34,200 bases of DNA, taken from positions 1 to 34,200 of the IMG/VR virus record IMGVR_UViG_3300032281_001149; one strand, given 5' to 3'. The notes under the pieces were generated by a model. The model ran no database searches. It saw nothing but the letters and a program-made list of their open reading frames with translations, and had not been told where the DNA came from. Position numbers and translations under genes: made by a program. This DNA comes from a virus. Lineage: Duplodnaviria > Caudoviricetes. Numbering within the stretch: the first letter of the stretch is position 1; the number at the start of each line of letters is the position of its first letter. Positions 17,570-25,891 of the stretch are shown piece by piece.

Positions 17570-19069
17570 TCAGAGGACGGTGATCTCGACTTCAGTGATG
17601 GCGTCATTCTCGTTTGGAGCGTCCGGTAGTAGGTCATCATACCAGTCGCTCGAACTATCGGCAGGCACGATGACGGTGTGTTCCTCTTCGCCTTGTGTCC
17701 AGGTGATGCTTAGATCTTTGATGCTGTCATTAGTCCAGCGATAGCGGCGGGAGTCGGCTACGAAGTCGGTGATAAAAAATGGATAGCCTACCCCACTCCC
17801 CCAACTGCCCAAAGGATAAGGCCCCATATCTGTGGGAGGCACCGCATCTACCATCCAGGTGCGGTAAATCGCGGTCTGGTCTCCCTTCCGGCAGGTGCCT
17901 GAGGTGACATCGCTGATGATATCCACCGCGCTGCCTCCAACGGTGGTGGAGACTTTGAAGGTGTTTGAGGTAGCATCACGCACAATGTAAGGTGCGTGGT
18001 TAGGGTCGGTTTTGAGTGAGATGTCTATAGTGGGGGGGTTGAGCCTTGGGAAAACAACGAGATCCCCATTACTTAAACCATGTGCTTCCGCGTGGATCGT
18101 GTCGTCATCTGCGGTGGCGGTGATCGCAAACGCGACGCCGGGATCGGGATCTCCGATCAGTTCTAGGGCGGCTAAGGCAAGATCACGTAAATCTGCACTC
18201 AGTAGTCCGCTGTAAATCGGATCGTCGTTGTCAATAAAAAAGCCGTAATCTAAATCTGGATCAATGTCGTCGGTGGTCTCACCATAGACACAGTTGATCC
18301 GAGGGATTGTGGGGGTGCTGATGTGTGGGCCAGGATCTCCGCCTGCGGTGGTGAAAGTGATGGTTCCATTATCCCAATTTTGGGTTTGCGAGACGCTGCT
18401 GTAAGCGTTGCCATCATCGTCGAAAATGTTTGCGCAATAAAACGCAACGGCCTGCTGTGTCTGCACCTCAAGCCGCAGGATGAGGGGCGGTGGTGGCGGG
18501 GGTTTTAGCGCAAAGACGAGCTTGTCACCACCGCTGCTGCGGGCGACACCACCGAGTTCGAGGCTGGTTTGCAAAGCGGACGCAAGGCGCTCGATGAAGC
18601 TCTGTAAGGCACGGCACCAGCCGACATGCGAGGTGGGCCAGCGGGGGGTGCTGGCGTCCTTTTTGCTGGCGGTGCTGTGGGCACCGGCACCCGTGAACTC
18701 GTTGCCGACTTCGAGCGCGGGCTGCTCCCCACTTTGGCCACGGGTGGTGCCGAAAACTTCGATCTGCACACCGGCGGCGGAGGCGAGTTTTTCAGCATGA
18801 GCTTGCACGGCCATTTTCCACGGCACGAGGCCAGAGGGCCAGCGTGGGGCCTCCTGCGCTGGGGTCTGTGCGGTGGAAGTGCCACTGGGGGTGGTGCCGA
18901 GGTCCAGCATGAGATCCTCGCCACTTTGTGAGCGGGTGGCCCCTTGGACTTCGATCTGCACCTTGGCGGCTTTGGAGAGCTTTTCGAGAAACGACTGCAC
19001 CGCAGTGCGCCAGGGCACAAGGCCGGAGGGCCAGCGTGGCGGGCGAAGGCGGCGGGTTTCTTGCCTCAT
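17570..19069 (-). CDS. Putative tail protein with three N-terminal ~60-aa repeats
   Basis: PRWPSGLVPW/PRWPSGLVPW/PRWPTSHVGW repeats and an AHGLSNGDLV beta-domain. Tail-module position. Confidence 0.65.
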   Translation of the reverse strand: MRQETRRLRPPRWPSGLVPWRTAVQSFLEKLSKAAKVQIEVQGATRSQSGEDLMLDLGTTPSGTSTAQTPAQEAPRWPSGLVPWKMAVQAHAEKLASAAGVQIEVFGTTRGQSGEQPALEVGNEFTGAGAHSTASKKDASTPRWPTSHVGWCRALQSFIERLASALQTSLELGGVARSSGGDKLVFALKPPPPPPLILRLEVQTQQAVAFYCANIFDDDGNAYSSVSQTQNWDNGTITFTTAGGDPGPHISTPTIPRINCVYGETTDDIDPDLDYGFFIDNDDPIYSGLLSADLRDLALAALELIGDPDPGVAFAITATADDDTIHAEAHGLSNGDLVVFPRLNPPTIDISLKTDPNHAPYIVRDATSNTFKVSTTVGGSAVDIISDVTSGTCRKGDQTAIYRTWMVDAVPPTDMGPYPLGSWGSGVGYPFFITDFVADSRRYRWTNDSIKDLSITWTQGEEEHTVIVPADSSSDWYDDLLPDAPNENDAITEVEITVL

Positions 19070-19422
19070 GCTTGCGCCGGTGTGAGCGAGTCAGGGGTGT
19101 CGAGCTGCATGGTGAAAAACATGAGGTCCATGATCACATGTTTATCGTCGGACGCGATGCTCACAGATTTCGGATCACGCACGCCACTGGTGTTGGTGGG
19201 CCATTGCTTGAACCAGGCTTCACGCACCGCATTGCCATCGCTGGCGAGGGTTTTGACGTGCTCGGGATCGGCCCCGATGACACGCATGCCGAGGCGGACT
19301 GTGAGTGGGCGCTCTTTGAGCGTCTGATGCTTGACGATGGGGCTTTTACCCTCCTCAAGCAACGGTGAGAGTAGATGTGCGACGAAGGAGCGGAGTTCGA
19401 TTTCGAGTGTGCCGGGAGTCAT
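19066..19422 (-). CDS. Hypothetical protein (tail module)
   Basis: 118 aa, ATGA-coupled to the downstream gene, with a heptamer leader. Confidence 0.6.
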   Translation of the reverse strand: MTPGTLEIELRSFVAHLLSPLLEEGKSPIVKHQTLKERPLTVRLGMRVIGADPEHVKTLASDGNAVREAWFKQWPTNTSGVRDPKSVSIASDDKHVIMDLMFFTMQLDTPDSLTPAQA

Positions 19423-19441
19423 GGAGGTTAGAGGTTAGAGG

Positions 19442-20527
19442 TTAGCGGAACATCACGGGCCAGATGTAGCGGTAGACGATTTGGTAAACCATCGCTCCGA
19501 TGAGGCTGTTAAGCGTGGCCTGGTGAGGCGTGGCGACGACGGTCCAGCCATAGGGGTAATTGTAGGTGAGGTTGTTGATGTCGCTGTCGGTGATGACGTA
19601 GTTTGGAATGCTTGGTGCGTTGGCAGGTGTCCCGAATGAAGGAACTGACGACGTGGGCAGGGTGCCGGTGCCTGCGAGGTAGGTGTCGGTGACGACGACC
19701 TCCGGCAGGTGGAAGTTGGTGTGACGTGCGGTGTTCCAGCCGCCGGTGAGTGAGATCGTGATGGGCTCGGAGGCACTGAACTGCTGGCCGTTGACGCTGA
19801 TCATGCGGTGGTAGGGCTTGGCCTCTTCGTAACCGCGATAGACGCAGTCGGCGGTGGCCCAGTCATTGTTTTCGTCCTGCACGGTCAGCTCACACAGGTG
19901 CATGTAGGGGTAGCTGGGGTGCGGTGAGCCGAGGGCGAACTCGCCCGCGATGACCTCGCCTGCGGTCATCGTGGTGGTGAAATCCACCGCGCCACCACCG
20001 ACGGTGGTGGACACTTGGAAGGTGTTGCTCGTGCGGTTGATGACGTAATACCCGGTGCCAAGCGAGCTGTCGCTTTGCGGAACGAGACCTGCACCGCCGC
20101 TGAGCCGTGCGAAGTAAACGCGTTTGCCATTGGGGAAGCCGTGGGCAGTGCAGGAGATGAAGTTGCTGCCAGCATCGCCGGAGCAGGATTTCCAGGCGGC
20201 ATGCCAAGAGAGGTAGCGCACGGTGCGCTCGTCCCACCCAGCTTCAATGGTGCGGCGTTTGCCGCGGCTGAGGGTCTTGGTGGGGTAACTTTGATCGAGT
20301 GAGCCTTCGGCGGAGATCTGCCACTCACGACTGATGCCACTGTCGATTTTATCGAGCGCGATGATGATCATGCCTGGATAGCCAGGCACGACATCGCCGA
20401 CGGCGAGCGTGGTGTTGCGGTCGGTCTTGTAGGCACCATCGAGCGTGTCAACGCCACGGAACGCGGTGCGCTCACGAATGGGGTGTCGCCAGAGTGGGAG
20501 GGTGCCGACGGAGAATGCGGGGGTCAT
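19442..20527 (-). CDS. Putative distal tail/hub protein
   Basis: Immediately follows the tape measure gene. Beta-rich, with an inserted AHGFPNGKRV domain. Confidence 0.6.
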   Translation of the reverse strand: MTPAFSVGTLPLWRHPIRERTAFRGVDTLDGAYKTDRNTTLAVGDVVPGYPGMIIIALDKIDSGISREWQISAEGSLDQSYPTKTLSRGKRRTIEAGWDERTVRYLSWHAAWKSCSGDAGSNFISCTAHGFPNGKRVYFARLSGGAGLVPQSDSSLGTGYYVINRTSNTFQVSTTVGGGAVDFTTTMTAGEVIAGEFALGSPHPSYPYMHLCELTVQDENNDWATADCVYRGYEEAKPYHRMISVNGQQFSASEPITISLTGGWNTARHTNFHLPEVVVTDTYLAGTGTLPTSSVPSFGTPANAPSIPNYVITDSDINNLTYNYPYGWTVVATPHQATLNSLIGAMVYQIVYRYIWPVMFR

Positions 20528-20563
20528 GGCTTGGGTTGAGGGTGCGTGGTGGGTGGTTGATGA

Positions 20564-22345
20564 TTAACTGCCCAGCAGACCACGGGAGAGGAGTTCATTG
20601 GTGCGGTCGATCTTGGCACTCAGGTCGTCTTTGCGGGCGGCATTCACCGTCTGCTGGGTGCGCGCACCGCTGGTGTTGATGCTCATGCTGCCACTGCCGC
20701 TGCCGACGTTTTGACGGGCATAGAATCCATCCAGGCCACCGCCAGGTGTCAGTGAGCCGCGACGCGCTGAGAGTGGGCGGAATGGACCCGCGATGCTGCC
20801 GCCAGTGTATGTGTCGGGGGTTTGCACGCCGAGGATTTTGCGGCGTCCATCGGTGAGGCGGCGGTTTTGTTCGTCGTAGCCTTTGTAGGTTTTGGTTTCG
20901 CTCATCGGGGCCTCGTCGCGAGGCGTGAATGAGGTCTGAGTGGCGGTGGGACTGCTTGGCAGAGACGGAGTGGCAACCGGGGTTTTTTTCTCGGCTTCTG
21001 CTTGTTCGTCCAGCCGCTTTAGCGCGGAGATTTCTTGCTGGATGTCGAGCAGCTTATGCTGGTTCTCGATGCTTTCCTTTTCGGTCTGATTGATGTTCGC
21101 AGCACTCTCTTCGATTTTTTGCTGTTGCTCCAACAGGCGATCTTCGGCGGCGGCGATCTGCTCTTTGAGTGGCAGTTCGGCTTCGGCGAGTTTGCGTTTC
21201 CGCTCATCGAGGCGGGCCTGATCTTTGCTGACGGGTTTGTTGGCTTCCTCACCTGCTTTGCGGATGGGATCGTCTTCCAAGACGGACTTGGGCAGGTCCA
21301 TGCTTTTGATCTCTGCTTTGCGTGCCTCGGCGCTGGCGGTGATCTGCTCGGTGCGCATGCGCTCGATCTCGACGCTGTCTTTTTGCGCCTGCATCATTTC
21401 GAGGATGCCTTGGGTCTCGGCTTGATATTTGGCGAGGCCGTCAACGTCTCCCATGTAACCGATGGCACGCATCAAATCTGAGGCCATGAAGCCGATGGCG
21501 TCTCCGGCATTCACAAACCATTCCGCGACGCCGGAGGCCGTGTTGCCGAGCCATTGACCTGCTTCGCGCAGCTTGTCGTTGTTGGCATCGAGCACTCCCC
21601 CGAGGCGAGACAAACCTTCGGAGCCTTTGCCGACGAGGCCTTCGAGCAAAGCCGTGGAGGCGGTTCGCAGGGAGGCGCTGAAGTCGTTCATCTTTTCATC
21701 GAGACCGGCCTGCGCTCGCTCCAGTTTTCCGAAGCCTTCGACCAGCGTGGCGACGAAGGTCTCGGCGTCGATGTTCATCTTTTGCAGCGTCTCGGTGTCG
21801 GCGGTGCCGAACATGTCCTGCATCACGGCGCGGACCTGCGGCACGCGCTCAGCGATCTGGTTGATTTCCTCTGCGCTAACTTTGCCTTTGCTGATGATCT
21901 GCGTGAGGGCCAGCACGACGCCGTCGAGATCGGCGGAGGTTCCACCAGCGAGGCTGAGGGCATTGCCCATCTCGATGAGCGCCTTCTTAGAAAGCTCGGC
22001 GCTGACACCGACGCTGCGGAGGCGGATGTCCCCCTGCACCGCTTGCTCAAAGTCGAGGCCAGGGAGCTTCGAGGCCTCGCGTAGTTCGTCCATGCGGAAT
22101 TTGGCCCCCGTGGCGCTGCCTTCGAGCGTGGTCATGCCACGCGTCATGCGGTCGAAGGCGGCGACGACGCGCACACCTTCGCGGGCCAGGATGCCGAGGC
22201 CGAGGCCTCCGATGGCAGCCTGGGCACCGCGAAAGCTGCGTTCGGTGGTGGAGGCGAAGCCTTTGAGCTTGGTTTCTTGCTGGGCGAGGCCGCGATTGAG
22301 CGCGGTGCCGTCGTAGCCAAATTTGACTGTTGCGTCGTTTGCCAT
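20564..22345 (-). CDS. Tape measure protein
   Basis: Tape-measure motif LALTQIISKGKVSAEEINQIAER. Helical, Ala-rich. Follows the chaperone pair. Confidence 0.9.
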   Translation of the reverse strand: MANDATVKFGYDGTALNRGLAQQETKLKGFASTTERSFRGAQAAIGGLGLGILAREGVRVVAAFDRMTRGMTTLEGSATGAKFRMDELREASKLPGLDFEQAVQGDIRLRSVGVSAELSKKALIEMGNALSLAGGTSADLDGVVLALTQIISKGKVSAEEINQIAERVPQVRAVMQDMFGTADTETLQKMNIDAETFVATLVEGFGKLERAQAGLDEKMNDFSASLRTASTALLEGLVGKGSEGLSRLGGVLDANNDKLREAGQWLGNTASGVAEWFVNAGDAIGFMASDLMRAIGYMGDVDGLAKYQAETQGILEMMQAQKDSVEIERMRTEQITASAEARKAEIKSMDLPKSVLEDDPIRKAGEEANKPVSKDQARLDERKRKLAEAELPLKEQIAAAEDRLLEQQQKIEESAANINQTEKESIENQHKLLDIQQEISALKRLDEQAEAEKKTPVATPSLPSSPTATQTSFTPRDEAPMSETKTYKGYDEQNRRLTDGRRKILGVQTPDTYTGGSIAGPFRPLSARRGSLTPGGGLDGFYARQNVGSGSGSMSINTSGARTQQTVNAARKDDLSAKIDRTNELLSRGLLGS

Positions 22346-22376
22346 GGGGGATCGTCAGAGGTTGACGAGGCTCGCG

Positions 22377-22382
22377 TGTCAA
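22377..22382 (-). promoter_or_regulatory. Late motif TTGACA, 31 nt before the tape measure ATG
   Basis: TTTGACAcgcgagcctcgtc|A. The TGA is also the gpGT-like stop. Confidence 0.55.
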
Positions 22383-22531
22383 AGCGACCACTGACACATC
22401 ACGCCGCGAATGTTGGCGGCTTTGAGCTGATAGTAGAGGGCGCGGTGCAGCGGCATGTTTTGGATGGTGGCTTCCTGCCACCCGGTGAGCTGAGCGAGGT
22501 CGGAGATGATCTCGCACGTCACGGGTGGCAT
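22379..22531 (-). CDS. Tail assembly chaperone -1 frameshift extension (gpGT-like); missing from the ORF track
   Basis: MPPVTCEIISDLAQLTGWQEATIQNMPLHRALYYQLKAANIRGVMCQWSL* is in the -1 frame of slippery GGGAAAC (22543-22537). Confidence 0.8.
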   Translation of the reverse strand: MPPVTCEIISDLAQLTGWQEATIQNMPLHRALYYQLKAANIRGVMCQWSL

Positions 22532-22533
22532 GG

Positions 22534-23001
22534 CTAGTTTCCCGAGCCGTCAACGCTGTCACCGGTGGGCAAAACGGAGGCACGGGCACGCGCCACGCAT
22601 TCCTGCATCTCTTGAGCGAGACGCGACACAGCGGCGATCTCATGGAGGGCGATGTTTTTCAGCACCCAAGCATCGTGCATGGCGATTTGTAGCTCGGCAC
22701 TCATGAGCCGGAGCTGGCGGATGGCGGCGGCTTCGAGGTGCGCACAGTAGATGACGCGGGCGGCCTCGGGGGCGAAGTCGCCCATGGTGTCATATGAGGC
22801 CAAGGCGGGCGCATTCATGTGGACGCGGAGCTCGCGGTAATACAGCTCGTTGGCGAGTGTGATGGCGATCTCGACGCCATGCCAGGCGAAGAGGCGATTG
22901 AAGTCGGTCTCGCGCTGCTCGGCGGTAATCAGTGGCGCGGTGTCGGTGAGGTTCACCGGCGGCGGTGAGGTCGTGGGTGTGGGGTCGGTGGGGAGGTGCA
23001 T
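22534..23001 (-). CDS. Tail assembly chaperone (gpG-like)
   Basis: Ends TCG GGA AAC TAG (slippery heptamer) upstream of the tape measure gene. Confidence 0.8.
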   Translation of the reverse strand: MHLPTDPTPTTSPPPVNLTDTAPLITAEQRETDFNRLFAWHGVEIAITLANELYYRELRVHMNAPALASYDTMGDFAPEAARVIYCAHLEAAAIRQLRLMSAELQIAMHDAWVLKNIALHEIAAVSRLAQEMQECVARARASVLPTGDSVDGSGN

Positions 23002-23012
23002 GGGGGTGGGTG

Positions 23013-23468
23013 TTAGAGGGGAGAGGGGAGAGGTGAGAGGTGAGAGGTGATCGTTGCGTTAGCCGCTTCGAGTTTGGCGAGGCGGGATTCGAGGCTTTGA
23101 TCTGGGATGACGCGCACTTTTTTGCAGCGGTCGAAGAAGCTCATGAAGGAGGCGGCGAGGCTTTGGTGGCCCGCACTGAGACCAGCTTCAAAAATGGCGG
23201 TGTCGATGCGCTCTAACACGACGCGGTGCGAGGTGTCTTTTTCGACGGTGATGTGCAGGTGCGGCAGTGTGGTCTGACGGATGAAGCCGAGGGTGGCGGC
23301 CATGTCGTTCCCCTCAAAACGGGCTGCGGTGTAGTCGGGCCGACAGGGACGGAAGCCGCGCTGGTGCAGGCTTTGGATGACTTCGGTCTGCCAGCCTTGT
23401 TGCTGGAGTGAGGTGCTTTCTTCGTCGGTCATGGTGACGAGGGCGCGGTGTTGATCGGTGATGCTCAT
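23013..23468 (-). CDS. Hypothetical protein
   Basis: 151 aa, ATGA-coupled. The C-terminus is encoded by a heptamer array. Confidence 0.6.
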   Translation of the reverse strand: MSITDQHRALVTMTDEESTSLQQQGWQTEVIQSLHQRGFRPCRPDYTAARFEGNDMAATLGFIRQTTLPHLHITVEKDTSHRVVLERIDTAIFEAGLSAGHQSLAASFMSFFDRCKKVRVIPDQSLESRLAKLEAANATITSHLSPLPSPL

Positions 23469-24244
23469 GCGATGCGGAGGCCGAGGCGTTGCTGGACTTT
23501 GGCGAGGGTGTGACCAGGGGCGTCGGCGCGGAAAGCGGCCCCTTTGTCGAGGTAGGTTTTGTGCGCCACGGTGATCCAGCCGGCCGACTGCTGGTGCTTG
23601 CGCAACTCACGCAGACAATGCAGGGCATGGATCGCGATCGCGAAGGGTTCCCAGCGGCGAGCAGGAAAGAGCGCGTTGCTGCGAAGTGCGGTCATGTTGA
23701 CCTGGGCATCGGCACGCGGAGCGTGTGGGGTGAGCTCAGGAGCGAGCGCGTAACGAGCCAGGGTATAGACGTGCGCGGTGCCGTTGTGTGTGAGGGTGAG
23801 CAGCGCATGGCCGACGCCGATGAGAGCCAGCGCGAGATCTTGATCTGCGGTGGTGAGGGTGGCCTCGGTAGGCATGGAGGATGACCCGTGCTCGAGGAGG
23901 TAGCTGCCAGGCGCGGCCTCGACGAGGCGCATGGACTTGCCTTTTTGCGCATCGAGCAGGCGTGAGCGATTGTGCATGGTGCGCAGGGCGATGAGATAGG
24001 GATGCAGCGGCTGGGTGGCCAGCTCTCCCTGCAAGGTGCCGTTGTTGAAGTCGCGCCGGAGAACACCGGTGATGAAGGCGCGACCCTGCCGATCTGGATC
24101 GACGCTGCTGGTGCGTGCGAGGTTCCAATCGGTGTATTCGGCCCCGCTTTTGTAGTGCGTCATCTTGACGGCACGCAGCGCGATGTCGAGCGAGGCGAGG
24201 GCGGCTGCCTCGTAGGTGTTGCGGGTGGTTTGCCAGGCAATCAT
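23465..24244 (-). CDS. Hypothetical protein with an internal two-domain duplication
   Basis: TTRNTYEAAALASLDIAL...HPYLIALRTMH versus TTADQDLALALIGVGHAL...EPFAIAIHALH. Confidence 0.65.
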   Translation of the reverse strand: MIAWQTTRNTYEAAALASLDIALRAVKMTHYKSGAEYTDWNLARTSSVDPDRQGRAFITGVLRRDFNNGTLQGELATQPLHPYLIALRTMHNRSRLLDAQKGKSMRLVEAAPGSYLLEHGSSSMPTEATLTTADQDLALALIGVGHALLTLTHNGTAHVYTLARYALAPELTPHAPRADAQVNMTALRSNALFPARRWEPFAIAIHALHCLRELRKHQQSAGWITVAHKTYLDKGAAFRADAPGHTLAKVQQRLGLRIA

Positions 24245-24282
24245 GGGAGGTCGATGGTTGAGGGTTGAGGGTTGATGGCCGG

Positions 24283-24322
24283 AAACAAAAAGCGCGTGAT
24301 CGTTGGGAGACGATCACGCGCT
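24283..24322 (-). terminator. Intrinsic terminator after the tail tube gene
   Basis: 13-bp stem AGCGCGTGATCGT/ACGATCACGCGCT followed by TTTTGTTT on the minus strand. Confidence 0.8.
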
Positions 24323-24351
24323 GCGTGTGGGGTGATCGTTTGGGGAGCTGG

Positions 24352-24373
24352 ACAGGCTGGCAGCCTGTGACAC
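24352..24373 (+). repeat. 22-bp REP-like palindrome copy
   Basis: ACAGGCTGGCAGCCTGTGACAC abutting the tail tube stop. Confidence 0.75.
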
Positions 24374-24784
24374 TCAGTTCATCGCGTGGCAGTGCTTCAG
24401 GTTGAGGCTGAACTCGCGTCCGGTGCCGCTGCGGGCCTTTTTGAATTCAGGCTCACGGCTTTGGATCGTGCCGGTGCTGAGGGTGAGGCCGAAGACCTCG
24501 TCGTCGATGAGGTTGGCCAGGCTGGCGAGGGTGTCGGCATCCTCCAGGGCGGCGAGGCCTTGCAAGGCACCACCGCTGGTGGGGATCGGCATGCCGGTGA
24601 GGGTGATGTCGGTCACGAGGCCGTAGGCCTCGGTGTAGAGCAGCTCAGGGACGGCACCGCCTGCGGCGACGCCGAGCACGTCGTCATAGGTGCGGGTGGG
24701 CTTGACGGAGAAGTCGGTGACGAAAAGACCGGACTCTGATTTGAGGGAGCCGGGGCGGGTGCCAGAAGTGAAGAGGGGAGTCAT
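24374..24784 (-). CDS. Major tail (tube) protein, putative
   Basis: 136 aa, beta-rich. Sits after the terminator-like gene and has its own late motif and terminator. Confidence 0.6.
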   Translation of the reverse strand: MTPLFTSGTRPGSLKSESGLFVTDFSVKPTRTYDDVLGVAAGGAVPELLYTEAYGLVTDITLTGMPIPTSGGALQGLAALEDADTLASLANLIDDEVFGLTLSTGTIQSREPEFKKARSGTGREFSLNLKHCHAMN

Positions 24785-24800
24785 GACACCGAGCGGGCGG

Positions 24801-24806
24801 TGTCAA
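24801..24806 (-). promoter_or_regulatory. Late motif TTGACA, 16 nt before the tail tube ATG
   Basis: TTTGACAccgcccgctcggt|GtcATG. Confidence 0.7.
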
Positions 24807-24825
24807 ACTGAGCGAGGTGCGAACC

Positions 24826-24847
24826 ACAGGTTGGCAGCCTGTGTCAC
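24826..24847 (+). repeat. 22-bp REP-like palindrome copy
   Basis: ACAGGTTGGCAGCCTGTGTCAC overlapping the stop at 24844. Confidence 0.75.
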
Positions 24848-25326
24848 ACGTTGTTCCAGAAGGTCACGACTTGGAAGGGCGCGGTGAGGGTGAGGAGAGT
24901 TTTTTCTTCGTTGTAGTCGTCGGTGATGGTCCCTGGATAAATGGCCTGGATGTCCCAGCCTTCGCGGTAGTCGTTGGTCTGCGCCTGGATGAAGGTCTGC
25001 CAGGTGCTTCGCTGGTCGTCGTCGAGCAGGCGGCGGAGGGCTTGCAGCCAGGCGTGGGCCTGAGTGCGGGTGGTCTGGCCGGTCTCGGTGCCAATGTTGA
25101 TTTGCAGGCGAAGATTGAGCGTGAGGGTGAGTAGGGTGTCGGCAGACTCGGGATCGACCTCGACCTCAAACAACGCGTGTGGATGCGTGAGGGCGCTGGA
25201 TGAGGAATGTGTGCAGCGAGGCAGCAGCGACGCGCTAGGGACGCCGGAAAGGGCCAGGGCGGCGGCGCTGGCGGAGTAGTCGGCAAAGATCGTGCTGAAA
25301 TGAGCGGCAGGAGAGGTGGAGGGCAT
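24844..25326 (-). CDS. Putative tail terminator/completion protein
   Basis: Size, position before the tube gene, and alpha/beta pattern. Confidence 0.5.
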   Translation of the reverse strand: MPSTSPAAHFSTIFADYSASAAALALSGVPSASLLPRCTHSSSSALTHPHALFEVEVDPESADTLLTLTLNLRLQINIGTETGQTTRTQAHAWLQALRRLLDDDQRSTWQTFIQAQTNDYREGWDIQAIYPGTITDDYNEEKTLLTLTAPFQVVTFWNNV

Positions 25327-25365
25327 CTGGTGGTGAGAGGTGAGCGGTGAGTGCTGACAGGGCAG

Positions 25366-25403
25366 AAAAAAGCGCCGGTGCCGTTTGCACGGTCACCGGC
25401 GCT
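25366..25403 (-). terminator. Intrinsic terminator after the decoration gene
   Basis: GCGCCGGTG-ccgt/acgg-t-CACCGGCGC stem plus T6 on the minus strand. Confidence 0.8.
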
Positions 25404-25425
25404 CCAACGCATGAGGGGACAGGGG

Positions 25426-25836
25426 TTAGGCTTTGGCTGCGCCTGCGGCGACCGGTGCAAAGTTGATGGCCGTGGTGCTGATGGCGACGCCGAGCACGGT
25501 GCAGAAATGACCAGTGGCCAGGTCGGCAGCGGGAGCGATGCCACCGGCAGTGGCGGAGAGAACGAGCACGTCACCAATGGCGACGGTGGCACCGATGACG
25601 AGCGCAGGGTCCTGCGTGATGACGCTGATGCGTTGACCGGTGGCCCCACCGTTTTCGGCGATGCCGAAGACCTTGGCAGTGGTGGCGGAGGCGTTGGCGT
25701 CCGCAGGTGCGACGAGGTTGGTGCTGGTGAGATAGACGGGCTGGCCAGCCGTGATGGTGCTGGAGGCGGATTTGCTGACTCGCCGTGCGAGGGCGGAGCC
25801 AATGACGTTGGAAGCGGTAATGGAGATGTCTGCCAT
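25426..25836 (-). CDS. Putative capsid decoration/cement protein
   Basis: Small and Ala/Thr/Gly-rich: ITAGQPVYL...ADANA...VFGIAENGGATGQRISV. Confidence 0.55.
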   Translation of the reverse strand: MADISITASNVIGSALARRVSKSASSTITAGQPVYLTSTNLVAPADANASATTAKVFGIAENGGATGQRISVITQDPALVIGATVAIGDVLVLSATAGGIAPAADLATGHFCTVLGVAISTTAINFAPVAAGAAKA

Positions 25837-25852
25837 GGTAACTGTGAGTGGA

Positions 25853-25858
25853 TGTCAA
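25853..25858 (-). promoter_or_regulatory. Late motif TTGACA, 16 nt before the decoration gene ATG
   Basis: TTTGACAtccactcacagtt|AccATG. Confidence 0.7.
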
Positions 25859-25865
25859 AGAAGAC

Positions 25866-25887
25866 GCAGGCTGGCAGCCTGGGTCAC
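25866..25887 (+). repeat. 22-bp REP-like palindrome copy
   Basis: GCAGGCTGGCAGCCTGGGTCAC, 4 nt past the stop at 25892. Confidence 0.75.
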
Positions 25888-25891
25888 GCTC

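Noticed and set aside
18229-18234. TTGACA on the minus strand as a late motif
   Set aside because: Inside coding sequence, followed by A rather than a pyrimidine, with no nearby gene start.
19066-19422. KhpA-like KH-domain RNA-binding protein
   Set aside because: Only the first helix resembles it and there is no GxxG loop.
20446-20451. TTGACA on the minus strand as a late motif
   Set aside because: Preceded by G, no Y|R at +13/+14, and inside coding sequence.
15232-20527. Diversity-generating retroelement acting on tail genes
   Set aside because: No reverse transcriptase was seen, and the duplicated segments differ at all base types rather than only at adenines.
15200-25890. CRISPR array or mini-array from the short repeats
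   Set aside because: Repeats are tandem heptamers or dispersed 22-mers without regular unique spacers, and no cas genes are present.
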